The notes under the pieces are model-generated. The model searched no databases and was not told the DNA's origin. It was given only the letters and a program-made list of their open reading frames with translations. Source: Octopus vulgaris (Eukaryota). From it: DNA of 64,000 nucleotides. The translations under genes were made by a program, and so were the position numbers. The stretch lies in contig OX597825.1 of NCBI GenBank assembly GCA_951406725.2, positions 3,968,001 to 4,032,000 on the forward strand, read 5' to 3'. Positions 27,015 through 40,299 of this stretch are shown here, piece by piece; within the stretch, counting starts at the first letter, position 1, and each line of letters begins with the position of its first letter.

Positions 27015-27108
<94 letters not shown>

Positions 27109-27109
<1 letters not shown>

Positions 27110-27506
27110 TAGCAGTATCACCCGGCGTTGCTCGGGCTTGTAAGCGAAATAACTATATAAGCATTTATAGAGAGTTACTTCCCTTATATAAACCGAGGGA
27201 AAATGCATTAAAAATGCGGAAAAATTATGGAAAATTTTTTTTAAAATTGTAGCCTCATCGTAGACGCGAGTTACTTGCCTTATATAATAGCAAAAAAAAA
27301 ATGCATTAAAAGTGGGAAAAATATGGTAATTTTTTTTTAAATCGTAGACTCATCGTAGACCCGCGTTAATACCCAGAAGGGCGCGATATGAATCACGACT
27401 ATAAGATACCCGCTTTTGGTTAAATTGCACCGCAAAATGTGGGAATAGTTAGGAATCTAATTCGTAGGAGACAGACACCACACAACCTCACTTTTATATA
27501 TATAGA
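27109..27506 (-). mobile_element. Complete non-autonomous Helitron (about 400 bp)
   Basis: Minus strand starts TCTATATATATAAAAG and ends CCCGAGCAACGCCGGG-TGATACTG-CTAG. Inserted between A and T in (AT)n; has an internal direct repeat of about 95 bp (27174-27267 and 27268-27362). Confidence 0.85.
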
Positions 27507-27529
27507 TATATATACATACGTGCACATAT

Positions 27530-27924
27530 TTATAGGTGAAAATGGATTAAGAGTCCATACAAATTAAAAATAATAGTTAAAATAGTAAAGAAATTTGTTA
27601 AAGAGAATGTTAATATTTTTCTTACAGAGCGTGGTTTAAAATAAAACGGGTTTCGATATATCCATCTCATTAAATATTAAAAGGAATGATTCGGGTAGTT
27701 AAAGAGACAAAAATAAAACTGGAGATTAACAGTTCGTACCCATGTTATATTTTTAGTGAAATTTTACTTTACAGTCACTTCCTATGTTTTGTCAATGTTG
27801 GTTTTGTGTGGCGTTCAAGAGATCAAGATTCAGGAATTCTATTGAAAAGAAGGCTTTTGAATTGAATACATGTGTGTGCGTGGCGTGTGTATGTTTGTGT
27901 GTGAATGTGTTTGAGCGCATGCGG

Positions 27925-27988
<64 letters not shown>

Positions 27989-28800
27989 GTATGTTTCGGA
28001 ATGTATTGTCAAAATATTCATCCTTCATTCCTTTTTCTCTTGAGAGAATATAGTTTCGTGGTTATGTGATTCTTTTCTGGAATGCCATTCGAAGAATTTG
28101 AGAGGAATTATTCGCCATTGACTTTGTTGTGTGAATGTGTGAGTATGTGTGCGTGTTTGTGTGTGTATATGTGTGTGTGTATGTGAGTGTGTGAGTGTGT
28201 GCGTGCACGTGTGTGTGTTGTTTTCTGTGTTAGATTAGAGTGTCTATGTGTGTTGCATTTGGATTTCGGAAATCTGATTTGGCGTGTATATGTGTGTGTG
28301 TATGTGTTGTTTTTTCATTTGTGTGTGTAGTTTTGTCGGTGTGTGTGATTATCTTTAGTGGTATAAGTGTGTGTATGTATGTGTTTTAATTTGATTTTTG
28401 ATGCTGTATGTTTGTGCATATGTATGAGTGTATTTTTATTTTTGTAAAAATCCTTCCTGGAATTTGTGGTGTGTGGTTTTAAGTTGTATGTTTTGGTTTT
28501 ATGGAAATGTATCTGTGTGAGTGTGTGTGTTTGTGTTTATGTGCATTTAATCTCTCGCTAATAACTCTGTTATCAGTGAGGGATTATCTATCCGGGTAAA
28601 ATACTTTATGAGTTCTCAATTAGTACACCAGGTTAACAATATTGTTTAGATTAGAAAAGAACTCTACGTATTCTTGTGGCAGTGTCCGAGTCCGAAGTTA
28701 TAGTCCATCACCATTTTATATTGTAAATTCATGGCTTTAATCTAGCTCTGCTGTTTCTTTGCACAGTGGTACAGAATAAAGGGATTACTGGAAACAAGTA
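27530..28800 (-). mobile_element. Possible decayed Penelope-like remnant with a (TG)-rich low-complexity core
   Basis: YNIKW on the minus strand near 28710-28725, reminiscent of the PLE GIY-YIG C-terminal region; otherwise weak support. Confidence 0.3.
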
Positions 28801-29006
28801 TGAGTTACATTTAATATGTACAACAAAACAAAAATACTGAGGATTATTTATACCTTGTCAAATATATATATATATTGCAACCCATTCGGGGACTCGAATG
28901 TGTACCGTATTTATAACAGTAAAATACACATTCCCTCTGCTATTCTTACGGATATACTACCCTCGAAACGTTATATTTCTATATACATATATATACATTC
29001 ACATAC

Positions 29007-29170
29007 ATGTTTGTGTTGAAAAGTCCTTAGCTTTGAGTAAAAGTAAACATAGATGGATCACTTAAATAAGTTACACACTTATAACAGCCGTCCTTCGGTT
29101 TTTGGAAGGCCCGAAGATCTGTGAAAGAACTCGGAACGTTGCCTTTCGCGATATCCTTAAAGGCAGTGCA
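29007..29170 (-). mobile_element. mariner/Tc1 terminal fragment with TIR
   Basis: TGTGTTGAAAAGTCCTTAGCTTTGAGTAAAAG...GGATCA is a reverse-complement homologue of 35300-35356. Confidence 0.6.
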
Positions 29171-29194
29171 TTTCCAACACTCTCTCGATATCTA

Positions 29195-29410
29195 TATGTG
29201 CGTGTTTATGTGTTTGTCCCCCACCATCATTTCAGAACTGGGATTAGTGGGTTTTTGTCCACGTAAGTTACGATTTCGGCAAAGAATCCGTTAGGATGAA
29301 CATCAGGCTTAAAAGAAATGAATACTGAGATAGGTTCGTTCGACTATAAGTATTCAAGGCATTGAGCGTTCGTAATGGCAGTGTAATTACTGAAGCAAAT
29401 AAAAAGTTAA
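29195..29410 (+). mobile_element. SINE family B, 3' half, diverged
   Basis: GTGTTTGTCCCCCACCATC...TTCGGCAAAGAATCCG...TTCGACTA...ACTGAAGCAAATAAAAAG. Confidence 0.65.
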
Positions 29411-30876
29411 AAATCATTATATCATATTCCTCAAATGTTAATTAAGTTTACAAATTATTCTTGCTTAATTATGTGAGTTTACTGCGTATATTCCATGTAA
29501 CGAGCAGTGTTTTATTTATATCATCTTTCTTTTTCTTCGTTCTGCCATAATTACACACTACTATTCTCTTTTGAGATCTCATCTGATAATAACACTAATA
29601 TTAGATTCCAAACATCATTGATATCTTGTAAAAATCTTTGATTCATGAAGTGAAAGTGGTATGTATTTTATCATTTGTATCTATACGTATTGGCGACTTC
29701 TCTTAAAAATCTATCCAACATAGTATGAGGTAGAAAACACTTTGAGGGTTAGGATGGCAAGAGAAAAATTCTAACTTTTATGAATACCAAAATTTTAACT
29801 ATAATGATTACGAAAATTTTGATAATTTCCATGCAAATTTTCACTATTTTACTTTGGTTATCTTCAGGAATCTTTAATAGCGAAAGTGCTTAGTTTATAC
29901 AGTATAATTGCAATATCAATAATAAAATTGAAGCATGTTACGATTTTTTTCTCCCTATTCGCCGTTGTTTATCCTATCCTTAACCCAACTGAAATGTATC
30001 TGGCCCCTACAAGAAAGCTGTTCCTTGTGAAATGACGTTTTACTCGTCCGCTAAGCAAATAGTTTGCTGTAGAGATTAGCCATCATGATTTTGAGCAATA
30101 TTACAATCATGTTAGAGGTCAGTAGTTTTAGATACCTGTGGTGTTGTTTGAGGGAATTAATGTTATTTTCCTCTTCAGCAGCCATGGAAGTGTTGATTCT
30201 GCTTTGCAGGCTGGTAATTGGTAAGCCTCAGTCTTTGGAATTCACATGATTCAATATAACTGTCACATAAATTTTATTAATTATTCTCTTGTGAGACTTC
30301 ATTCACTGCAGCTAATAATTCAAACCATATTTTTCATTTTTGTTTTGCTTCAGTACAAAGAAAGTATTGTGAATGCCAATGCTACTTTGCTTCAACAAAA
30401 TCAACTAATATGGAATTCGCCTTGTTTTTCTTTCGATAAGCATTCAAATGTTTAATAGAATACAGATATTCCGAAGACAAAATATTAAGTTTTCTAACAA
30501 AAGCAATTATAAAGCACTTATAAAGTATCAACTGTCACGTCTACAGAGCACATCAGAATATAGTTATTTTCTTTTTCAGTTGTATCATTAGGTACAGGTG
30601 GGTGTAAAGCGGTGTGGTTATAAATATCATGTAGATAGAAGATATCTGTTTACGAAGTTATTGCATAATAGCAAGTGATTTGCCTCTATGCATGTATATA
30701 TATATGTGTGTGTGTATGCGCATGTGCGTATGTACGTATGCACACATATGTATATAACTATCTATGTGTGTGTATTTATACATATACACATACATGTATA
30801 TAAATATATATTGACACACACACACACACATATATTATATGCATCTACGTATATATGAATAAATAGATAAATAATA

Positions 30877-30924
<48 letters not shown>

Positions 30925-30955
30925 TATGTATATATATATTGTTGCATATATATGC

Positions 30956-30990
<35 letters not shown>

Positions 30991-31003
30991 CACACACACA
31001 CAC

Positions 31004-31055
<52 letters not shown>

Positions 31056-32584
31056 GCATATATATATATATATATAACGAAAACTTGAATAATAATTTTC
31101 TCTTGGACTTTTCGTTGGTGTCCTATTCAGTCTTAGTGAAGCACCTTTAACTATATCAAATTTTTTTATGTGAATCTATAACATTAATGTTAAATCGGTA
31201 ATAAAAAGACTTCACTCTTCAGGAATGGAATTTATTTTAATTCACATTTATTTGCATAATTTTGTATCGATTTGGTTAAGAAAAACAGCAGCTATAATAT
31301 TTTTATCTTGCTTCCACGTCTCATAATACTATAGGAGAAAATGAAATAAATGAATGAGAGTAATATGCAAGAAATAACAGCCAAAAATCTTTCGAAAATA
31401 CTTCATCGTCTCAAATATGGAAGAACAAATTTCATACAGCGACTATACGATACGGTTTAATATCGTGAATTTAGACTCATTATGAGTTTCAGTCAGTATT
31501 ACAATGTAACATTTGATTATGAATATAGACGTGTCTCCTGATCTCACATACATGACAACACGGATACGGTATAATAACTTATATACACATCGTAAGCAGT
31601 AATTGAATATAGCATACTTATACCTAGGCCTACAAAGTTCATTCGTTTGTGTGACAAGGACATTTTTCTATGTCTAATACACATACACACGCATATACAC
31701 ACAAATACACACACACGCATACATACATACACATACTTATATCTCTTCCAACTCAACTCTTCTCTATTTGTATAAAAGTCGAGGCTCTTTCTATAAATTT
31801 CATTTTGAAAAATCCCCATGAATGGGTGAAAGCACTAATAAAGTAGTATTCAAAATTCTGACTGCATCGCTTGTCTTAATGTACAATATATATACACACA
31901 TATGTATATATGTGTGTATATATAGAGTATATTCATTCTTTAGATTTATGACTGTTACTTGTTAACTACGAAATGTTCCATCAGACATTTCCCTTCTAGC
32001 CTCGTGGTGTAGTTACCACTTTACTTAGTAGTATTACTGGTTATAATATACAGAACAAATGTACGTGATATTATGATAAAGAACGTTATTTTGATAATGC
32101 GTATCATTTTGAGCGGATTTTCCAAGGGAAATTGGATGCAGAAGCAAAATACTTCATCAGAGTATATGTATTACAGCATCTTATACAGTTTCTTTGAAGT
32201 AGAGCTTCACAATTTGAAAGGAATCCATCGTTTAATATTCAAGGTCCAACCTGGGGTAAACGATGTCGTTTTTTCATTCAATGTCAGAAATTACATTAAA
32301 CATTTTCGAATACTCTTGGTATTCGAAAATGTTATTAGATACGATACAAGAACCACTAACATTAATGATAAATATCTTCTCCAAATCTAAAGACAACTGT
32401 AAATTAGAAATGCAAATGTGGCAATTCTGAAAATAACATTATGGAATAAAGTCAAAAACAGAAACAAATTCCTAAATGAAACAGAGGTATTATTCTATTT
32501 GTGATAATCTAAAGATTTTGTTTCTTTAAATTTTTCAAATCAAATGCTTCTGTTAATGAAATATTTCTGTCATTTATTAATAAA

Positions 32585-32966
32585 CCAGCTGAATAACCCA
32601 GCGTTGCCCGGGTTAATGCTGTTCCTGCTCAGATTAGCAAACAATAAATATAAAGATATATTCACTTAATTATTTCAAAATATCTCTATTTTAAAAATAT
32701 TAAAAAGCTACGTTGTAATGATAATAGAATATCGAAATGGAAATCCGTCAATGTTGCTGCACCTCAGGGTAAACAATATTCAGTGTATAATGTTTTGTTG
32801 GTGTCGCGACTATGCAGTAGAGATCAAGTGCAACTACCTTGAGGGATTGACCCTGAGATCTTTTAATTGAAATTCCAAAATTTAGTTTCACTGGAAATTG
32901 AAGCGTTTTAAATTCAAATGGAATATGTATAGGTATGAGAGGAATTTTAGGAATAAAGACATTTTC
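32585..32966 (-). mobile_element. Helitron 3' end with a PIF1-like helicase C-terminal fragment
   Basis: 32966..32748 translates to ENVFIPKIPLIPIHIPFEFKTLQFPVKLNFGISIKRSQGQSLKVVALDL...NIVYPEVQQH*. The 3' hairpin AACCCGGGCAACGCTGGGTT is followed by CTGG (mutated CTAG). Confidence 0.85.
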
Positions 32967-33851
32967 TTCACTGTGAAGAAACTGTAACAGAACGTGTATT
33001 TCAAGTCATGTAGAATATGTTAATTAGGGTAAGGTGAATTTGGAGTCTTACAGACGTTTCTGGGATAACCCAACTGGAAGGGCTTCGTCTGAAACACTCT
33101 CTTCCGCCCTACACTGACCCGTATAGCACGACATCGAAATTCCAGCTGATAAACAAGCATTAATCCCGCAACTCTCATCTAACAAATACTAAAGATTGTA
33201 CTTCCACTATGATGTCTAACAAAAGCAGCAGGGGAAGATCGATTCTCTGGATTACAACCATATCGCTTTAAGCATTAAGGGCTTTAGCCAAAACCTTCTT
33301 CCCACGTCACCATCAATCCCATTCAATCTTTAAATAGATCTTCCCTAATCTTATCCTTCTCCTCTCCGCCCAATGTAGAATCTATTGTTACCTCTGCAAC
33401 AAGCGTAAACGTACCTCCTCCTACCTAAATGTATATAATCATTACATAAGTCAAAACCACGGAAATATTAATGGCTATATTGATCGCATACACCACATCC
33501 ACAACCCTAGCACTAAAACCAGAATTAACCAAGATACTGACATCCCCGTTTCTTACCAAGGTCGAAGTATAGCTGACACGAATGTTGATACTAAGAGTAA
33601 CACCACTAATACTAAGATTAATAACTTTAATAGGACCGTTAATCAGTGCTGCCCCTGATTAATATCAAAATATAAGCACTTTATCCCAGTGTTATCTTTC
33701 TATTATAAATTCCTTTCTCTTTCAGACAAATTTCTAATGGAATATTCTTTACATGTCTACCTGTAATGCAAAACTTTTTAATTCCTATTAGCAAATGAAA
33801 TACGTGTTATGGAGAATAAACATTATCAAAATATTGCCTCATTCCTTTGAG

Positions 33852-33947
<96 letters not shown>

Positions 33948-35256
33948 ATGTATGTGTGTGCATATATGTAAGCATGTATATATGTATGTATATATTTATA
34001 TGCGTATACATAAAATTAAACTAGAATTTTTGTTCACCTCATTGTGATGATTTAATGTGAGTTTCACATTAAATTACCTATGATTATATTTATATAATAC
34101 AATTTCAAAACAGTTTTTTTTCCAATATTCTAGTGAGAAATCTCAATGCAACATAGCTTATATTAACTGAATTTACACTCATTTTGTCACTTCAACGTTT
34201 GATGTGATAATGCACAAAGGGCCATAGCTCTAGTGATTGGTAAACCTGTGCTTATTTAACAAAGCGTTATATTAGTAAGTCTTGGAGAGTGTTAAGTTGA
34301 CTTACTTTCAATTTTCTCATATATTAAAATTTTTTCTGTAATGTGATACAGTGTTTTCAATAAATTTCTCAACACGCGAACAATTTTCGAAATTTTATAA
34401 AAAAATATATATATAATTCATAAATTTTTCGATTAATATTTTCACAGAAAAATTATTAGTTTTTAAGAGAGCTTGCACGTACTAATATCTGTTGCGTTAG
34501 AAAAATATTTTAAATATTTCTAACTCTTCTTTGGTTAGAAAAATGATCCGTTTTTAGTTTAACGAGAATATAGAATTTCAGACAATTTTCAATTTACACC
34601 TTTTCTTTGAAGATACGCAACCTGTGTTTTCAGAATACACTTCAAATTTATACTATGAATATATCGTGAAGAAACTAGATATGGTTGGTTTTCATAAATA
34701 ATTGCCTTTCGTATAAGAATCAAATTTATAATACTAGTGACGACTCTATGGGAAGTTGTAACGTTCAAATGTTTCTAATGTTACACATTATATTATTAAA
34801 ATCAACCAGTGAGATGAAGGAATGAAAGAGAAAAGAAGGATTCAATTTATCTGTAGACACTTATATAACTCTAAAGAAAAATCAAAATAATATATCTCAA
34901 GTGGAAATGGAATGATGGTAAAGGGGACCCTTGATTAAAATGAACATATTACGTTCAAATGATTATGTTACATTACGAGGGAATAAAAGTTCACAATTTA
35001 CGAACGTTTAACGCATTTATTACAGTTTATTGTTCTCTTCACATGATAATCTGCTGGTTACAGAAGCCTTAACTTTGTTTATAAAAATTTGTTTCGAGAC
35101 TATGCCGTTCCATGTTTCGTAAAACATTTTGGCACCATTAAGTGGAACAAAAGTAAATGTCCTGGATTTAACTTTATCGAAAAGGCCTATTTTGAGACCC
35201 AACATTCCGAGTTATTTTACATGGGTTATGGGAAATGAAGAAGCGCTACAATCAGT

Positions 35257-35356
35257 TTGTGAATTTGAGAGGGGAATATGTCGAAAAAGTTGTAATTAAC
35301 TGATCCTCCGGTATTTTCTTTTACCGAAATACAGAACCTTTTCAACACACCTCATA
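35257..35356 (+). mobile_element. mariner transposase C-terminus plus right TIR
   Basis: FVNLRGEYVEK followed by the TIR-like AACCTTTTCAACACACCTCATA. Confidence 0.65.
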
Positions 35357-35783
35357 TGTCCGAATAGAACCTCGTTAAGACCGAAAATATAAGGATGCGC
35401 ATTATACACGTACATGCACAAAGCTATATTTGTAAACAAGCACACACACACACATAATATGTATGTATATTTATGGGATTATGAGTAGAATACGTAGAAT
35501 ATAGGTTACGTATATTATTTCACTGTGTGTGTGTACATGTCTGTGCGTATAACCTTTAAAACAGATTTTTATATATGTAGATAATTTCAATATTAATTAT
35601 TAAAACATTACAGCCACCATATTTAATTATCACCAGGAGAAAATATAATCCATTTCTGAGCGTTTCTCTGTCTGTTTAGTGTCTGTTTCAATGCATGTGT
35701 AGAAACGATGAAATATATCTACCCAGATAAATAGCAGTACACGAAAACACGCACACACACACATACAAACCCACCCACGAACG

Positions 35784-35829
<46 letters not shown>

Positions 35830-35899
35830 TATATATTATTAGTAGTAGTACTCTGTATATATGCATATACTCACACATTTCAAAATGTAAACACATGTG

Positions 35900-36080
35900 A
35901 ATCGTTGGCGATTTTCTTCCTCCGCCTTCCTCTCTATTGAACTTACCTATTTCTGAAGAAGTGCGTTGTCCGAAACGTTAAACCATCTTTCTTTCCTTCC
36001 CCGAGCGTCTGCTACTACTTTACATGTACTACATCCTCGCGTTGTTGTTTTTGCATTTGTTGTTCCTTCTTTTGGATTTA
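35900..36080 (+). mobile_element. Penelope-like terminal fragment with a degenerate minimal hammerhead
   Basis: TTT-CTGAAGA(35953)-...-GAAACGTT(35972)-AAA, then a pyrimidine-rich tail running into (TA)n. Confidence 0.55.
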
Positions 36081-36082
36081 CA

Positions 36083-36164
<82 letters not shown>

Positions 36165-36259
36165 TGAGAAAGATAATGTTAGATAGATAGATATAATATC
36201 TATAATACGCATATATATATATAAATATATATATACATGTGTGTGTGTGTGTTCGATCA

Positions 36260-36790
36260 TAAAATACTTTCCATAAATATGAACCCTTAGGTATCAGTCA
36301 ATAATACCTTTGTACTGAAAGACTTTCCAACGTTTCTTTAGGTAATCGCTCAACTCGGAGAATGTGTTGGAAGCAGTTGGTCATCCTAAACGAAATACTC
36401 CGACGTGAGAGGAATCATTGTCATGTTGAAGAAGCACCGTGTGTTGCCGATCATGTCGGTTCATCTGGACTGCTTATTCATTGGAAGAGATTGGAGCCGG
36501 TATTATGAAATCTTCTATGCCGATGGGCGAATTCCCTAGTTGACTTGCAAGTTTCCTCTGGTATAGACTCATTTAATCAATTCCCATTGAACAGAACAGA
36601 TCATCTAGAACAGTGGGGGCCTTTTAGTTAGAGTTTCACCTCCTTGAATGATGAACCCAATTCTGTTCAATTCTTTCATTCATAGCCCAATATCTGTTTA
36701 ACAGCTTTGGAAGATTGTTGGAAATTGAGAGTAAGTTAATGCTCATTTTCTTCCACTTGGCTTCATTTGTATTTAATAGTGAAATTTATT
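36260..36790 (-). pseudogene. Decayed mariner transposase
   Basis: Minus strand TVLLQHDNDSSHV (compare the HDNARPH motif) near 36405-36442, and RWKVF near 36320-36332. Confidence 0.55.
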
Positions 36791-36978
36791 CAAATTTCAA
36801 AAAAGATTTTACATCATTTGAGGGGGAAGAAATAGAGCTACAATCCAAACATACAACACTGAAGAAAAAAATAATACTTTTCTGGTGAGGGACGTTAACA
36901 GGAATAATGTTAGAAAGAAAAGGGATATATATATTAGAGCCCCATATAAATACACATATGTACATATAAACGCATATA

Positions 36979-37491
<513 letters not shown>

Positions 37492-38183
37492 TATATATAT
37501 AAGGCATATCTACATATATATGTATGTATAATATATAATGTATCAAGTATATATGAAAATATATACATACAGATATAACTTTCCGCTCACGTTCATTCTC
37601 ATTGTCGTTCAACTGTACACTCTAAAGTTTTAAATCTAAAATTTTTATTCGAGATCGAACTGTACAAACTGTCAAATAACGCAAAGATTTACAAATAAAC
37701 ATTACACGAAGATTTTCTTCGTGGAATAAAAGTATACTTTCTGCCTTGGCATGAAGCCTGCTATTTGTCTATCGGAAATCCATTACAGAGGGCAAATATT
37801 TTATCAGCGTGCAATATCCGGAGAGATTTTCAAGTATAAAATAACACGTCCAATACATTGTCATCAAATACTAACGCTGGATTACGAGAGAGAGTATCGT
37901 TTTATTGGTAAAATCAGTAATATATTTGCATTTCACTTGAATACACAATGTCTATTTTAATTCTATTCTGAAGTTTTACGTAAATGTAAATGGACATTAG
38001 ATAATGTCGAATACCAATTTAGAGGATTATACCAACAAAGAGGCTATCTCGTTTGGTTTACAGAGAAAGAAACCCTTTACAGGTCGCGTCAAAGAGAGCA
38101 GAAAAACCCTCTGATGCACACAGTCACCACACAAAGACACACACACAAGAAAATACATATTTATACGTATATATATGTATATA

Positions 38184-38256
<73 letters not shown>

Positions 38257-38489
38257 TCACTGGACATACACTTATGCTCTCTCTCTACACACACATATAT
38301 ATATATGTATGTCATTCTTCAAAAGATTGGAATAATGTGTCACACCGTTGACCCATTGCCCTTAGACATCCAAATGTCCATTCAACACTGAGTTCCAAAC
38401 TACTGTCATCGTGAATCGTACGTAAGAACTAATAAGTTGTATTTCTGCCTATTTTAATTCTTTCCTCTACATATAACCAGAAAAGATGG

Positions 38490-38716
38490 TGCTCATAAGT
38501 CATTTAAAACATACAAAAATCGTTAGATTCACTTCAAAATTTTAATTTAATTTGCCAAAATATTTCCGTCGCTGTCAGACCGCAACCTGTTCACTGACGA
38601 AACTCCTTGCTATCAGTGAACAGGTCGCGGTCTCAAAGCGACGAAAATATTTTGGTAACTTATATTTAAATGTTAAAGTGAATGTAACGGTTGTTTTTTT
38701 TAATGGCTTATAAGCA
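38490..38716. mobile_element. Fold-back element with about 105-bp imperfect arms, Penelope-terminal-like
   Basis: Arms 38490-38597 and 38613-38716. The right arm reads GTGAACA-GGTCGC..GCGAC-GAAA, a decayed hammerhead-like core. Confidence 0.6.
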
Positions 38717-38804
38717 TTTTCCATGCTGCAATTGTTTACGTTCCAGTACACAAACTAAGATCAGGCCGCTTGCTACGCAAGTACATCTCCGTAAGATCTA
38801 TATA

Positions 38805-38855
<51 letters not shown>

Positions 38856-38974
38856 ACAATCAAGGAACGGCCATAATAGGCCATTCACCCACTAGAAATA
38901 ACAGCCAAAGCTTCAACCGCAAATAAAAATTAATTCCGTAAACCAGGAGAAAATTTAAAAACATTTACCCTGTA

Positions 38975-39081
38975 ATTTCTTATACGATGTACCGTTTCAT
39001 CTGCTGATTAATGGTAAACTAACCTGATTAAATTAAATCAAGCCAATCTTCCAAAGGCCCTCAGATTCTTCAGTAAGAAAT
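38975..39081 (-). ncRNA. Type I hammerhead ribozyme (inverted copy)
   Basis: Reverse complement of 39809-39915 with an intact core. Confidence 0.85.
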
Positions 39082-39808
39082 AGCCCAAGTCGGAACAGAT
39101 ATTTTCACGAGGCATTTCCGACCTTGCCAAGGTTATATCTGACCTAAAATTTTCAAATCGTCGCACTCGCGCCAAATTTATCGGCAGCAAATAAATATAA
39201 GCCGTCGATTCCATTACGGAATTAACCAGAAAATTCATAATTAATCAATATAGGGTGCCAAAAAAATTTTGTAGAATTTTTTTGCCACCAGCGGCCTAGT
39301 GGGAAAAAATTAAATAGTCATAGACCATTTTTAAGTTCAACATCAACAATCAAGGAACGGATTTAATTTAATCAGGTTAGTTTACCATTAATCAGCAGAT
39401 GAAACGGTACATCGTATAAGAAATTACAGGGTAAATGTTTTTTAATTTTTCTCCTGGTTTACGGAATTAATTTTTATTTGCGGTTGAAGCTTTGGCTGTT
39501 ATTTCTAGTGGGTGAATGGCCTATTATGGCCGTTCCTTGATTGTTGATGTTGAACTTAAAAATGGTCTATGACTATTTAATTTTTTCCCACTAGGCCGCT
39601 GGTGGCAAAAAAATTCTACAAAATTTTTTTGGCACCCTATATTGATTAATTATGAATTTTCTGGTTAATTCCGTAATGGAATCGACGGCTTATATTTATT
39701 TGCTGCCGATAAATTTGGCGCGAGTGCGACGATTTGAAAACTTTAGGTCAGATATAACCTTGGCAAGGTCGGAAATGCCTCGTGAAAATATCTGTTCCGA
39801 CTTGGGCT

Positions 39809-39915
39809 ATTTCTTACTGAAGAATCTGAGGGCCTTTGGAAGATTGGCTTGATTTAATTTAATCAGGTTAGTTTACCATTAATCAGCAGATGAAACGGTA
39901 CATCGTATAAGAAAT
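39809..39915 (+). ncRNA. Type I hammerhead ribozyme, predicted cleavage after 39907
   Basis: Stem I ATTTCTTA/TAAGAAAT; CTGAAGA 39817-39823; stem II ATCTG...CAGAT; GAAA 39892-39895; stem III CGG-TACA-TCG; GTA 39905-39907. Confidence 0.88.
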
Positions 39916-40299
39916 TACAGGGTAAATGTTTTTTAAATTTTCTCCTGGTTTACGGAATTAATTTTTATTTGCGGTTGAAGCTTTGGCTGTTATTTCTAGT
40001 GGGTGAATGGCCTATTATGGCCGTTCCTTGATTGTTGATGTTGAACTTAAAAATGGTCTATGACTATTTAATTTTTTCCCACTAGGCCGCTGGTGCCAAA
40101 AAATTCTACAAAATTTTTTTTGCCACCCTAAATTGATTAATTATGAATTTTCTGGTTAATTCCGTAATGGAATCGACGGCTTATATTTATTTGCTGCCGA
40201 TAAATTTGGCGCGAGTGCGACGATTTGAAAATTTTAGGTCAGATATAACCTTGGCAAGGTCGGAAATGCCTCGTGAAAATATCTGTTCCGACTTGGGCT

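Noticed and set aside
29007-35356. Two inverted mariner ends bracketing 6.3 kb, a possible composite transposon
   Set aside because: Both appear to be diverged right-end fragments and no matching target duplication was seen; independent remnants are simpler.
39652-39852. 66-aa ORF repeated three times (39038 minus, 39652, 40143)
   Set aside because: It recurs only because the unit is repeated, has no recognisable domain and overlaps the ribozyme. Coding is not excluded but has no support.
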